Virus record (IMG/VR): IMGVR_UViG_3300032084_001411
Location: 2,484 to 66,483 of that record
Reading direction: 5' to 3' (one strand)
DNA from: a virus
Length of the DNA: 64,000 nucleotides
Part shown: positions 7,624 to 16,249 of the stretch, piece after piece
How positions within the stretch are numbered: position 1 is the first letter of the stretch
Layout: each line of letters begins with the position of its first letter
Notes under the pieces: generated by a model
Database searches by the model: none
What the model was told of the DNA's origin: nothing
Seen by the model: the letters and a program-made list of their open reading frames with translations, nothing else
Position numbers and translations under genes: made by a program

Positions 7624-10600
7624 CACGATATTTATAGACTTTGAAACTAGAAGTAAATGTGATATTACAAAAGCAGGTGCTTGGCGGTATTCTCAAGACC
7701 CAACTACTGATGTGATGTGCATGGCGTACGCTATTGATGATGGGCCTGCGCAATTATGGGTTCCTTCTCATTTTGACCTACCCGCTGATTATGAAGAAAC
7801 TCGAACTAAAGACTTACACCATAAAATTAACCTAGCTGAAAAACGTAAAGAAAAATACAGTAAAGAACAGGGCAAAGATGAGTTATACGAGAAAGCTGTG
7901 GAGGAAATTAAATTCTTTAAATCTTTGTTAGACGATAATGGGGAATTTAAACTCTCTTTTACCTACCACACAGATGTCCCCGCTTTTATAACAGATAGAA
8001 AAGTATTTGAAGACGTTGGGGGGTTGTTAGAAGCCCATAACGCTTCATTCGAACAAGCTATATGGGCGAACGTACTCGTACCTAAATATGGAGCTTTTGA
8101 GGCCCCTCCTATTATTTGGAGAGACTCTATGGCTATGTGTGCCGCCCACAACATCCCTCTTTCTTTGGAGAAGGCTGGTGCGGCTTTGAATGTAGATAAA
8201 CAGAAAGACTTAGAAGGTAAGAGGGTTATGTTACAACTTTCTCAACCACGTAAACCTTCTGCGTCTAACCCAAAAGAATGGTGGGAACCAACTGAGGCTG
8301 CTGATAAATTTGAAACCGTATTTATGTATTGTATGGATGATGTGGAGACAGAGCGGGCTATTGGTAAGGCATTAAACCCGCTTACAAAGAAAGAACAGTG
8401 GGTTTGGCTACTAGACCAAATGGTTAACCAACGCGGTGTACAAATAGACGTAGACTTAGTATATCGTTGCCTAGACATTATTAAAGAGCATACAGAAGCG
8501 GGGAAGAGACGGATAACTGAACTTACTAACGGTGAAGTAACAAATGTTTCATTAGTAGCTAAATTAAAAGACTGGGTTATTAGTCAAGGTGTGAAAGTTG
8601 AGGATATGACAAAAGCTTCGGTAGAGGCTCTTTTAGCCGATAAAGACACTCCCGAAAATGTTCGAGAAGCTATGCTTATCCGGCAATCTCTTTCTAAAGC
8701 TAGTACTAAAAAACTAGACACAATGCTATTTGCCAAGGCTATAAACGATAATCGTATTCGGTACACTCTTTTATATCATGGAGCATCCACAGGAAGATGG
8801 GCTGGGAGGCTTATCCAAGTACAAAACTTTCCTAGAGGTTCTATAAAAGATATAGACCAAGCAGTTCAAGACTTATTTGATTTAAGTTTAGAAGAACTGC
8901 AAGATAAGTACGGAGATGTGATGGAAGTCATTTCTTCTTGTCTTAGAGCTATGATTGTACCCGACAAAGGACATGATTTTATTGTTGCTGACTACGGAGC
9001 TATTGAAGCTAGGGTCGTTATGTGGTATGCAGACGAGCAGGATGCTCTACAAAAGTTTCGAGATGGTGTCGATTTGTATAAAGATATGGCGGGCTATGTA
9101 TACGATAAACCTTTAGAGGAAGTCGATGATAGTGAAGAACGTCAATTAGGTAAAAGCATAATTCTCGGTTGTTTCGAAGAGGATACTCCAGTCTTGACAA
9201 ATAGCGGCGTGAAGCGTATTATAGACGTTCATGATACGGATTTGTTATGGGATGGAATTGAATGGGTAAAACACCAAGGACTACAATACCAAGGAATAAA
9301 AGAGACGAAGAGGACTTACGGAATAGGCGCAACTCTGGACCACGAGATTCTAGTGGACGGTACGTGGCAGGAGTGGAACGAGGTAACTACAAACCCTTCC
9401 CTTTTCCAGAAGGCGCTCAATTTGGAGAACTTACCGTCGAGCGCTGGGAACGAAAATACGATAAACGAGGACGCTCTCAAGGCTTCCACCCTCTCTGTTA
9501 TTGTTCCTGTGGCAGACGAACTCATATTGATAGGCACTCCCTTAAATCAGGAAGAACACGCAGATGCAATGTCTGCGCTAAGAAAAAGAGTTCAGCGACC
9601 CGGAAAAAATATATTGGATATGCATCGATTGTACCCGATGACCGACATAGGGAAAGACTGCTTAATAGAATCAGTGCTTGCATCAGCCGATGCCATGTCG
9701 AAAGTAACACCTATTACGAACATTATGGAGGGAGGGGAATTAGAGTCCAACCTGAATGGCGTAGAGACAGAAAATTATTCTTGGAGTATCTTATCACTTT
9801 GGAAGGATGGGACAAACCCTTCCTTGAACTGGACAGAATTGATGTCAACCGTGGATATGAGGAAGGAAATTTACGCTTCTGCACTCGTAGCGAAAACATG
9901 TCAAATCGAAGAAGGGTGTCTGACCTCCAAAAACAAATCAATGAACTCGAAGCAGAGGTCGAGCGTTTACGACATTATGAACGCCGGGCCAAGGAATAGA
10001 TTCACTATTATCACTAACCACGGCCCTATTATCGTTCATAATTGCGGGTTTGGAATGGGGGCTAATAAATTCCAGATGACAACTGAGAGCCAAGGGCTAC
10101 AACTCGATGAGAAGATGGCTGCTGCTGCGGTTAAAGCTTATAGAGAGAAATATTCTGGCGTACCCCAATTCTGGAGAAATACAGAGAAGGCGGCTATTGA
10201 CGCGGTTAAGACTAGAGAACCTCAAGAAACTAACAAAACTACGTGGGTTTTTAACGAAGAAACTAACTTTCTAGAATGTCTACTCCCTTCCGGGCGGTCT
10301 CTATATTATTATAACCCTAAGATTAAAATAGGTTGGGCAGTTAAGTGGATTGACAGTAAAAAGAAGTTTCATTACGATAAATACGATTCTAAAGATGAAG
10401 CTTTACTCGCTCTAAGTGGGCGTAAAGATGACCCACTTTGTACTCGCATAGTTGATAATGACATACATGAAGATGAATCTTTGACCCATATGGGGGTCAA
10501 CAGCGTTACTAAACAGTTTCAACGGCAGGAAACTTACGGCGGGAAGCTTGTGGAGAATGTCGTACAAGCTACTGCCAGAGATTGTATGGTCGAAGGTATG

Positions 10601-10783
10601 TTTAGAACAGAAAAAAATAAATACTTGACAATTATGACAATTCATGATGAAATAGTATCTGAAGTTCCAGAAGGACAAGGTTCTGTTGAGGAATTCGAGT
10701 CTTTATTAGCCCAAACCCCCGAATGGGCTGACGGTCTACCTTTGGTAGCCGAAGGATGGCGGGGAAAGAGATACCGTAAATAG
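7616..10783 (+). CDS. polA: family A DNA polymerase with 3'-5' exonuclease, intein-containing
   Basis: DFETRS, AHNASFE, YCMDDV exonuclease motifs; TGRWAG, QNFPR, ADYGAIEAR (A), RQLGKSIILG|CGFG (B), TIHDEIV (C). Confidence 0.95.
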   Translation: MTNTIFIDFETRSKCDITKAGAWRYSQDPTTDVMCMAYAIDDGPAQLWVPSHFDLPADYEETRTKDLHHKINLAEKRKEKYSKEQGKDELYEKAVEEIKFFKSLLDDNGEFKLSFTYHTDVPAFITDRKVFEDVGGLLEAHNASFEQAIWANVLVPKYGAFEAPPIIWRDSMAMCAAHNIPLSLEKAGAALNVDKQKDLEGKRVMLQLSQPRKPSASNPKEWWEPTEAADKFETVFMYCMDDVETERAIGKALNPLTKKEQWVWLLDQMVNQRGVQIDVDLVYRCLDIIKEHTEAGKRRITELTNGEVTNVSLVAKLKDWVISQGVKVEDMTKASVEALLADKDTPENVREAMLIRQSLSKASTKKLDTMLFAKAINDNRIRYTLLYHGASTGRWAGRLIQVQNFPRGSIKDIDQAVQDLFDLSLEELQDKYGDVMEVISSCLRAMIVPDKGHDFIVADYGAIEARVVMWYADEQDALQKFRDGVDLYKDMAGYVYDKPLEEVDDSEERQLGKSIILGCFEEDTPVLTNSGVKRIIDVHDTDLLWDGIEWVKHQGLQYQGIKETKRTYGIGATLDHEILVDGTWQEWNEVTTNPSLFQKALNLENLPSSAGNENTINEDALKASTLSVIVPVADELILIGTPLNQEEHADAMSALRKRVQRPGKNILDMHRLYPMTDIGKDCLIESVLASADAMSKVTPITNIMEGGELESNLNGVETENYSWSILSLWKDGTNPSLNWTELMSTVDMRKEIYASALVAKTCQIEEGCLTSKNKSMNSKQRSSVYDIMNAGPRNRFTIITNHGPIIVHNCGFGMGANKFQMTTESQGLQLDEKMAAAAVKAYREKYSGVPQFWRNTEKAAIDAVKTREPQETNKTTWVFNEETNFLECLLPSGRSLYYYNPKIKIGWAVKWIDSKKKFHYDKYDSKDEALLALSGRKDDPLCTRIVDNDIHEDESLTHMGVNSVTKQFQRQETYGGKLVENVVQATARDCMVEGMFRTEKNKYLTIMTIHDEIVSEVPEGQGSVEEFESLLAQTPEWADGLPLVAEGWRGKRYRK
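9170..10042 (+). mobile_element. intein (291 aa) in polymerase motif B, no in-frame endonuclease
   Basis: CFEEDTPVLT start, ATLDHEILV block B, VYDIMNAG..F block F, IIVHN|C end; removal restores KSIILGCGFGMG. Confidence 0.95.
9262..9999 (+). CDS. HNH homing endonuclease overprinted within the polymerase intein (alternative frame)
   Basis: GAQFGELTV..CYCSCG..LKSGRTRRC..RC..YEHYGGRGIRVQPEW..LELDRIDVNRGYEEGNLRFCTRSENMSNRR, typical phage HNH family. Confidence 0.9.
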   Translation: MGKTPRTTIPRNKRDEEDLRNRRNSGPRDSSGRYVAGVERGNYKPFPFPEGAQFGELTVERWERKYDKRGRSQGFHPLCYCSCGRRTHIDRHSLKSGRTRRCNVCAKKKSSATRKKYIGYASIVPDDRHRERLLNRISACISRCHVESNTYYEHYGGRGIRVQPEWRRDRKLFLEYLITLEGWDKPFLELDRIDVNRGYEEGNLRFCTRSENMSNRRRVSDLQKQINELEAEVERLRHYERRAKE

Positions 10784-10835
10784 CGGTGTCGAACAACTCA
10801 AATTAGAAGGACAATCCTGAAAGGAAACATTTAAT

Positions 10836-11504
10836 ATGACTACTTCTAATACTCAAAAGAAAGAGTACACCGGGGATAAACCGGACTTTTGTACTCTCCG
10901 TGGGGTTTCAATGTACGCTAAAGTATTTCAACCCTCTGCATATAATGAACAATATAACATCCCTGCTCGTTGGGAGGTGGATTTGTTGCTCACGAAAACA
11001 GAGGCAGAGAATGCTAAGAGTCGTGGATTGAACATCCGAGACGATAATGACCGTTACCGCGCTTTTCTAGAAGAAAACGACCTTGTATCTAAAGGTTTTG
11101 AAGGTGCGTTCATTAAAATTAAAAAGCCAACTACCCGTAAAAAATGGGATGCAGAGGCAGGTGCTACAGTCAAAGACGCATCTGGCCAACCAGTTCTGGA
11201 AGCTGCCCCACGCCCACGAGTAGTTGATTCTCAAGGGACTGAAATCCCTGAAGAAGCAGGTCTTTTGGTTGGTAATGGTTCTGAAGTCGAATTGACTTTC
11301 ATAATCACTAAACCGAAAGCTGGTGGCCGTGAACAGTTTGGTAAGTTTGGTGGCCGTTTGGTAGAGACCAAGATTCTTGAATTGGTCGAGTATCAACGCC
11401 CTCAAGGTTCTTTCACTTTTAATAGTGAGAGTACAACTGAAGCTGAGAGTTATCAAGCTGATATGGCAGAGGATGAAATTCCCTTTTTGCCAGATGAGGA
11501 ATAA
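10836..11504 (+). CDS. single-stranded DNA-binding protein (T7 gp2.5-like)
   Basis: YAKVFQP, PRVVDSQG, VGNGSEV, acidic tail EDEIPF; follows polymerase. Confidence 0.8.
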   Translation: MTTSNTQKKEYTGDKPDFCTLRGVSMYAKVFQPSAYNEQYNIPARWEVDLLLTKTEAENAKSRGLNIRDDNDRYRAFLEENDLVSKGFEGAFIKIKKPTTRKKWDAEAGATVKDASGQPVLEAAPRPRVVDSQGTEIPEEAGLLVGNGSEVELTFIITKPKAGGREQFGKFGGRLVETKILELVEYQRPQGSFTFNSESTTEAESYQADMAEDEIPFLPDEE

Positions 11505-11569
11505 CACCCACCTCTGTAGTGCGGAAGCTAACTGCACTTAAAACAAAAGAATGCTGAGTCCGTTATGGG

Positions 11570-11605
11570 GCGGGGTACTTGTAGTAAGAAACCCCCGCAT
11601 TTTTT
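11570..11605 (+). terminator. probable intrinsic terminator
   Basis: GCGGGG...CCCCGC stem then T6, downstream of SSB. Confidence 0.55.
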
Positions 11606-11624
11606 AAAGAAAGGAATCGATATA

Positions 11625-12590
11625 ATGAGTTTTACATACGACCCAGATACCGCTAAAAAGAAAGGTTCTTTTACCTTTCAACAAACAGGGATTGACACCT
11701 TAGTAGATGATATCTACGAGTACATGGGTGGTGGAGGCAAATTTCCTAAATTAGACGAAGATGCTGCTGAACAGCTTATGGAGATTCTCTCTCATATTGT
11801 CGTTGAAAGGCTTAAAGAACGAAGAAATGAAATTAAAAACTTTAATAACGACTCTAGTGGTTTTAAGCTTCGTATGTCCAATTACGGACAGCCTTCCAGA
11901 AAGCTTTGGTATGAGGCTAATGTCGGAACAGACCTTGGAGCGACTGACCCTAGAGCTTTTCTTAACTTTTTAATTGGGGATATCTGGGAAGGCGTTCTTC
12001 TTTTCATCGCTAAACAGACTGGGCATGATGTCTCAATGGAGCAAGAAGAGGTAGAGTTAGACGGTCTTGTAGGTCATATGGATGCTGTTATTGACGGGTA
12101 TCTCGTAGATGTAAAGTCTGCCTCTAAATATTCCTTTGAGCGCAAGTTCACCTCCGGGGCTATATTTGAGGGGGACGACCCTTTTGCCTATATACCTCAG
12201 ATTAAAGCTTATGGTAAAGCCACAAATATGGATAAACAAGCTTGGTTAGTGGGTAATAAAGAGAACGGGATGCTCGCTACGGTTAAAGTGCCTGAGCATA
12301 TTGAATTTGACGCTGTAGCTAAGTTACGAGAAGCACGTAAAGTTATTGCTATGTCTGCTCCACCAGAAGAGAAATGTTTCCAGCCTGTCCCACATAATAA
12401 AAGTGGAAATATGCAACTTAATGGTAATTGTAAGTTCTGCGCCTTCAAAGAAAGGTGTTGGAAAGATGACGGGCTTAGGGCCTTTAAATACGCTACTGGC
12501 CCCGTATATCTAACACATGTTGAGTCTGAACCTAAAGTTGAAGAAATTGATATCTACGGTACTTGGGAAGATAGTGAATATGCCGAATAG
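11625..12590 (+). CDS. PD-(D/E)XK exonuclease (Cas4/RecB-like)
   Basis: LRMSNYG..RKLWY, GHMDAVIDG..VDVKSAS, Y..Q..AY, CKFCAFKERC. Confidence 0.85.
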   Translation: MSFTYDPDTAKKKGSFTFQQTGIDTLVDDIYEYMGGGGKFPKLDEDAAEQLMEILSHIVVERLKERRNEIKNFNNDSSGFKLRMSNYGQPSRKLWYEANVGTDLGATDPRAFLNFLIGDIWEGVLLFIAKQTGHDVSMEQEEVELDGLVGHMDAVIDGYLVDVKSASKYSFERKFTSGAIFEGDDPFAYIPQIKAYGKATNMDKQAWLVGNKENGMLATVKVPEHIEFDAVAKLREARKVIAMSAPPEEKCFQPVPHNKSGNMQLNGNCKFCAFKERCWKDDGLRAFKYATGPVYLTHVESEPKVEEIDIYGTWEDSEYAE

Positions 12591-12918
12591 AAATAAACAA
12601 AGAGGGGACGAATTAGAAAGACAGGTTGTTAATTTCCTGAGAGACCAAGGGTACATCTGTGAAAGAACTCTTGAACGGGGGGCTAGGTCAGATGGTAGTC
12701 CTACTTGGGATATTGATTTAGACATAGCAGGTCATAAACTTAAAATTGAATGTAAAAGAAAGAAAAGAGGGTTTCAATTTATCTATGATAGTCTAGGAGA
12801 CAATGACATATTAATTCTTAAACAAGACCGAAATAATCCTTTATATGTTGTGTCAGAGACTTTGTTACTCGAACTTTTAGCTACATTTTATGAGGCGAAG
12901 AGATGGAGTGAATCATAA
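12580..12918 (+). CDS. Holliday junction resolvase (Hjc-like)
   Basis: NKQRGDELER..DIDL..KIECKRKK. Confidence 0.8.
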   Translation: MPNRNKQRGDELERQVVNFLRDQGYICERTLERGARSDGSPTWDIDLDIAGHKLKIECKRKKRGFQFIYDSLGDNDILILKQDRNNPLYVVSETLLLELLATFYEAKRWSES

Positions 12919-12921
12919 TAT

Positions 12922-13200
12922 ATGGAACATTATAAGTTCGTAGAAGGTGAAACAAAGCTTTGGAGAAGTCTAGTCGAGTTAATGCTCCACGACCTCGGTT
13001 CCAAAGACTTACAGATACGGGAAGAAGCTGAAGAATGGTTGTGCCCGTTAAATAGAGACTTTCTATTTGTGTGTGATTTAGCGAGTTTAGACCCAGAAAA
13101 AATCTTAGAGTTTATAGAATCTAATAAATCTATTTTACAAAGTACTGATAATTTAAAGAAAAAAGTAAGGAGTTTGAAGAAGAAATATGGGGAAGAATAG
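12922..13200 (+). CDS. hypothetical protein
   Basis: LW..EAEEWL..DFLFVCDLASLDP pattern seen in phage hypotheticals. Confidence 0.6.
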   Translation: MEHYKFVEGETKLWRSLVELMLHDLGSKDLQIREEAEEWLCPLNRDFLFVCDLASLDPEKILEFIESNKSILQSTDNLKKKVRSLKKKYGEE

Positions 13201-13417
13201 CCCTACTGACTATACAATGAACAAAGAAGCTGCTGAATCTCTCGCTAACGAGATACAAAAATTCTGGCATGACAAAGGCTGCAGCAGTGTTGAAGTGTGG
13301 GTAGAAACCATTCCTGTCTATAATAGAGGTGAAGAAAAACGAATTGCTACTCGATTTGAAATTAATTCAAACATCATTCAATCTTTGTCAAGTCTTGAAA
13401 ACGACAATTATATATAG
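13187..13417 (+). CDS. hypothetical protein
   Basis: 76-aa coupled ORF. Confidence 0.55.
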   Translation: MGKNSPTDYTMNKEAAESLANEIQKFWHDKGCSSVEVWVETIPVYNRGEEKRIATRFEINSNIIQSLSSLENDNYI

Positions 13418-13423
13418 TATATT
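13395..13423 (+). promoter_or_regulatory. sigma70-like promoter upstream of RNR operon
   Basis: TTGAAA-17bp-TATATT. Confidence 0.55.
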
Positions 13424-13430
13424 AAAATAT

Positions 13431-13503
13431 TCCAACTCTGGCTTTCCTGAATTTCCACTTAGGACCGTTACGACTCAAATTGGGCGGCTGGAGTTGGATT
13501 TTT
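13431..13503 (+). ncRNA. candidate structured leader/small RNA
   Basis: Closing stem TCCAACTCTGGC/GCTGGAGTTGGA enclosing two inner hairpins, followed by T5. Confidence 0.35.
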
Positions 13504-13548
13504 AACCCATAACCCACAGGACAATAAGAAGAAAGGACCGGGAGCGCA

Positions 13549-14601
13549 ATGCTTAAACCGAATGTACAAGTTTCACCTATAACTACAACAGAACCTCCTC
13601 AAACTAATGCACATCAAGAACCTAAAAAGAATATATTTGAAAAGAGAGTAAATTTAAAACCTTACGAATACCCAGAATTAGCCGGATATGTCGAGGACAT
13701 TAGAGACTGTTACTGGCGACACCAAGAATATAACTACGACCCAGACGTACAGGATATGCGAGTGAACATGGAGCCTCATGAAGTAGAGGCAGTTAACCGT
13801 ACTATGATGGCTATTTCTCAAATTGAAGTTGCTGTTAAAAGCTTTTGGTCTAAGATTGGTGACCATTTACCTAAACCTGAAATTGCTAAAGTAGGAGCTA
13901 CATTTGCTGACAGTGAAGCTAGACATGAAGACGCTTATTCTCATCTTTTAGAGAAGCTAGGTCTTAATAAGAGGTTTGAGGGTATATCTACTATACCTGC
14001 TATGTGGGATAGAATCGCTTACATCAATAAGATTAATGAGAGAACTAGACAGTCTACAGACCCTAGAGACTACTTCAAATCCATTATCTTCTTTTCTATG
14101 TTAATTGAGAACGTATCTCTATTTAGCCAATTCTACATTATTATGTCTTTTGATAAACATAAAAAGATGTTGAAGGGTATGTCTAACGCTATTGAAGCTA
14201 CAAGTAAAGAAGAAGACCTACACGCTAACTTCGGGTTTGACATTATCAATATTATGAAGAAAGAGCACCCTGAGTGGTGGTCTGCAGATTTAGTTGAGTA
14301 TATTAAGGAGAAGATGTTGAAAGCTTATAAGGCTGAACTGAAAGTTCTTGATTGGATATACGAACATGGGGATTTAGAAACAGCACCTAAAATAGTTGTA
14401 GAAGAGTTTATAAAACATAGACTTAATAAATCTATGGAAGCTATCGGTATTGAACCTTTATTTGATATTCACGACAACTATAAACAGTTTAATTGGTTTG
14501 AGGACGAGATTCTTGTAACTAAACAGAATGATTTCTTCCAAAAACGTTCAACTGCGTACACAAAAAGAAACAAGGCTATTACAGAAGAGGATTTATTTTA
14601 A
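13549..14601 (+). CDS. nrdB: ribonucleotide reductase beta subunit (class Id-like)
   Basis: IFEKRVNLKPYEYP, QIEVAVKSFW, SEARHEDAY, IENVSLFSQF, EEDLH, DFFQKRSTAY. Confidence 0.95.
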   Translation: MLKPNVQVSPITTTEPPQTNAHQEPKKNIFEKRVNLKPYEYPELAGYVEDIRDCYWRHQEYNYDPDVQDMRVNMEPHEVEAVNRTMMAISQIEVAVKSFWSKIGDHLPKPEIAKVGATFADSEARHEDAYSHLLEKLGLNKRFEGISTIPAMWDRIAYINKINERTRQSTDPRDYFKSIIFFSMLIENVSLFSQFYIIMSFDKHKKMLKGMSNAIEATSKEEDLHANFGFDIINIMKKEHPEWWSADLVEYIKEKMLKAYKAELKVLDWIYEHGDLETAPKIVVEEFIKHRLNKSMEAIGIEPLFDIHDNYKQFNWFEDEILVTKQNDFFQKRSTAYTKRNKAITEEDLF

Positions 14602-14602
14602 T

Positions 14603-16249
14603 ATGAATAAACCATTTTACTGGCTAACAGAGGAATCCCGCCAGTTCCTCGAAGCAGATTATTTACTGCCTAATCAAACTCCTGAAGAGCGTATAAAAAT
14701 TATTGCGGACCATGCAGAGAAATTGTCTGGCATTGAAGGGTTTAGTAATAAATTTTATGAATATATGGGGCGCGGTTGGTTCTCATTGTCTTCGCCTGTA
14801 TGGGCTAATTACGGAACAGAAAGAGGACTCCCTGTAAGTTGTTTTGGCTCTTATATTGAAGACAACATGGAATCCATTCTTGGTACACACGCTGAGGTAG
14901 GAATGCTCTCTAAGTTCGGCGGAGGTACAAGTGGCTTCTTCGGGGGTATACGCCCTCGTGGCGCACCTATACAAGATAAAGGTAGGTCTTCTGGCTCTGT
15001 ACATTTTATTGAACTCTTCGATAAATTATCTAATGTAGTTTCCCAAGGTTCTGTTAGGAGAGGGTTCTTCTCTGCCTACTTACCAATTGAACATGACGAT
15101 TTCGATGAATTTGTTGGTATTGGACATGACGGACATCCTATCCAAAATATTACCCACGGGGTAACTGTTACCGATAAGTTCATGCAAGAAATGATTGACG
15201 GCAATAAAGACTATCGTAAGAGATGGGCTAAAGTTATTGATATGCGAGGCCAAGTAGGGTATCCATATATTTTCTGGTCTGATACTGTTAATAATAATAA
15301 ACCGGACATATTTAAGAATAAAACTATTTATGCTTCAAACATGTGCTCCGAAATTGCGCTCCCTTCCAATAAAGACGAGACTTTTGTCTGCGTTCTTTCT
15401 TCTATGAGTCTTCTACATTATGATGATTGGAAAGATACAGACGCAGTAGAGACTCTTACAATCTTTCTCGATACTGTATGTACAGAGTTCATTAATGTAG
15501 CTGAGAAGATGCGTACAGAGCGCCCAGAAGCTATCCGTATGATTGATAGAGCGTTAAACTTCTGTAAGAAGTATCGCGCTTTAGGACTCGGAGTACTCGG
15601 GTTCCATTCTTACCTACAATCTAAACTAATTCCTTTTGAGTCTCGTGAGGCTGCTAAATGGAATTTAGAGATGATTAAATTGATACAAAGTAAAGCTCAA
15701 CAAGCTTCTTACCAACACAGGGAGAATACTACCTCCAATGCTACTTTATTGGCTATCGCTCCTACTAAATCCTCCTCTTTTATCCTTGGGGGTGTTTCTC
15801 AAGGCATTGAACCTGAATGGTCTAATTTCTATATTAAGGATTTAGCTAAAGCGAAAGTAACTGTTATGAATCCTTATTTAAAGAAACTTATTATGGATAA
15901 AGAACAAGATACTGATGAAACTTGGGACTCTATAAAAGCTACTGATGGGTCCGTACAACATTTAGATTTTCTTACCCAAAGAGAAAAAGATGTGTTTAAG
16001 ACTTTCCCTGAAATAAACCCGGAAACAATTATAGATTACGCTGCTGTTCGCCAGACATATATTGACCAGTCTCAAAGCGTTAATCTCATGATTGACCCAA
16101 CAATGTCTACTAAAGATATCAATGCTTTATATATTAAAGCTTGGCAAAGCGGTCTAAAGACGCTATACTACCAATATAGCCTCAATGCTGCGCAAGTTAT
16201 GAGACGAGAAAAGTATTTAAAAGAGGGGTGTGTTGCCTGTGAAGGATAG
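14603..16249 (+). CDS. nrdA: ribonucleotide reductase alpha subunit (no ATP cone)
   Basis: PVSCF, GGGTS, VSQGSVRRG, SNMCSEI, AIAPTKSSS, IDQSQS, KTLYY, C-terminal CVACEG. Confidence 0.95.
   Translation: MNKPFYWLTEESRQFLEADYLLPNQTPEERIKIIADHAEKLSGIEGFSNKFYEYMGRGWFSLSSPVWANYGTERGLPVSCFGSYIEDNMESILGTHAEVGMLSKFGGGTSGFFGGIRPRGAPIQDKGRSSGSVHFIELFDKLSNVVSQGSVRRGFFSAYLPIEHDDFDEFVGIGHDGHPIQNITHGVTVTDKFMQEMIDGNKDYRKRWAKVIDMRGQVGYPYIFWSDTVNNNKPDIFKNKTIYASNMCSEIALPSNKDETFVCVLSSMSLLHYDDWKDTDAVETLTIFLDTVCTEFINVAEKMRTERPEAIRMIDRALNFCKKYRALGLGVLGFHSYLQSKLIPFESREAAKWNLEMIKLIQSKAQQASYQHRENTTSNATLLAIAPTKSSSFILGGVSQGIEPEWSNFYIKDLAKAKVTVMNPYLKKLIMDKEQDTDETWDSIKATDGSVQHLDFLTQREKDVFKTFPEINPETIIDYAAVRQTYIDQSQSVNLMIDPTMSTKDINALYIKAWQSGLKTLYYQYSLNAAQVMRREKYLKEGCVACEG

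Noticed and set aside
9262-9999. Simple sequencing frameshift as the explanation of the out-of-frame HNH
   Set aside because: The polymerase frame is uninterrupted from 7616 to 10783. The HNH frame has its own ATG and stop and stays open across both splicing blocks. An artefact would need two compensating errors plus a long chance-open frame.
9170-10042. Group I intron in polA
   Set aside because: The insertion has protein-splicing termini (Cys1, His-Asn, +1 Cys), keeps the frame, and leaves no room for a ribozyme core outside the ORF.
11067-11537. 156-aa antisense ORF over SSB
   Set aside because: Shadow ORF with no recognisable domain.
11625-12590. Cas4-like nuclease as evidence of a CRISPR system
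   Set aside because: No repeat-spacer array or other cas genes; typical phage replication exonuclease context.
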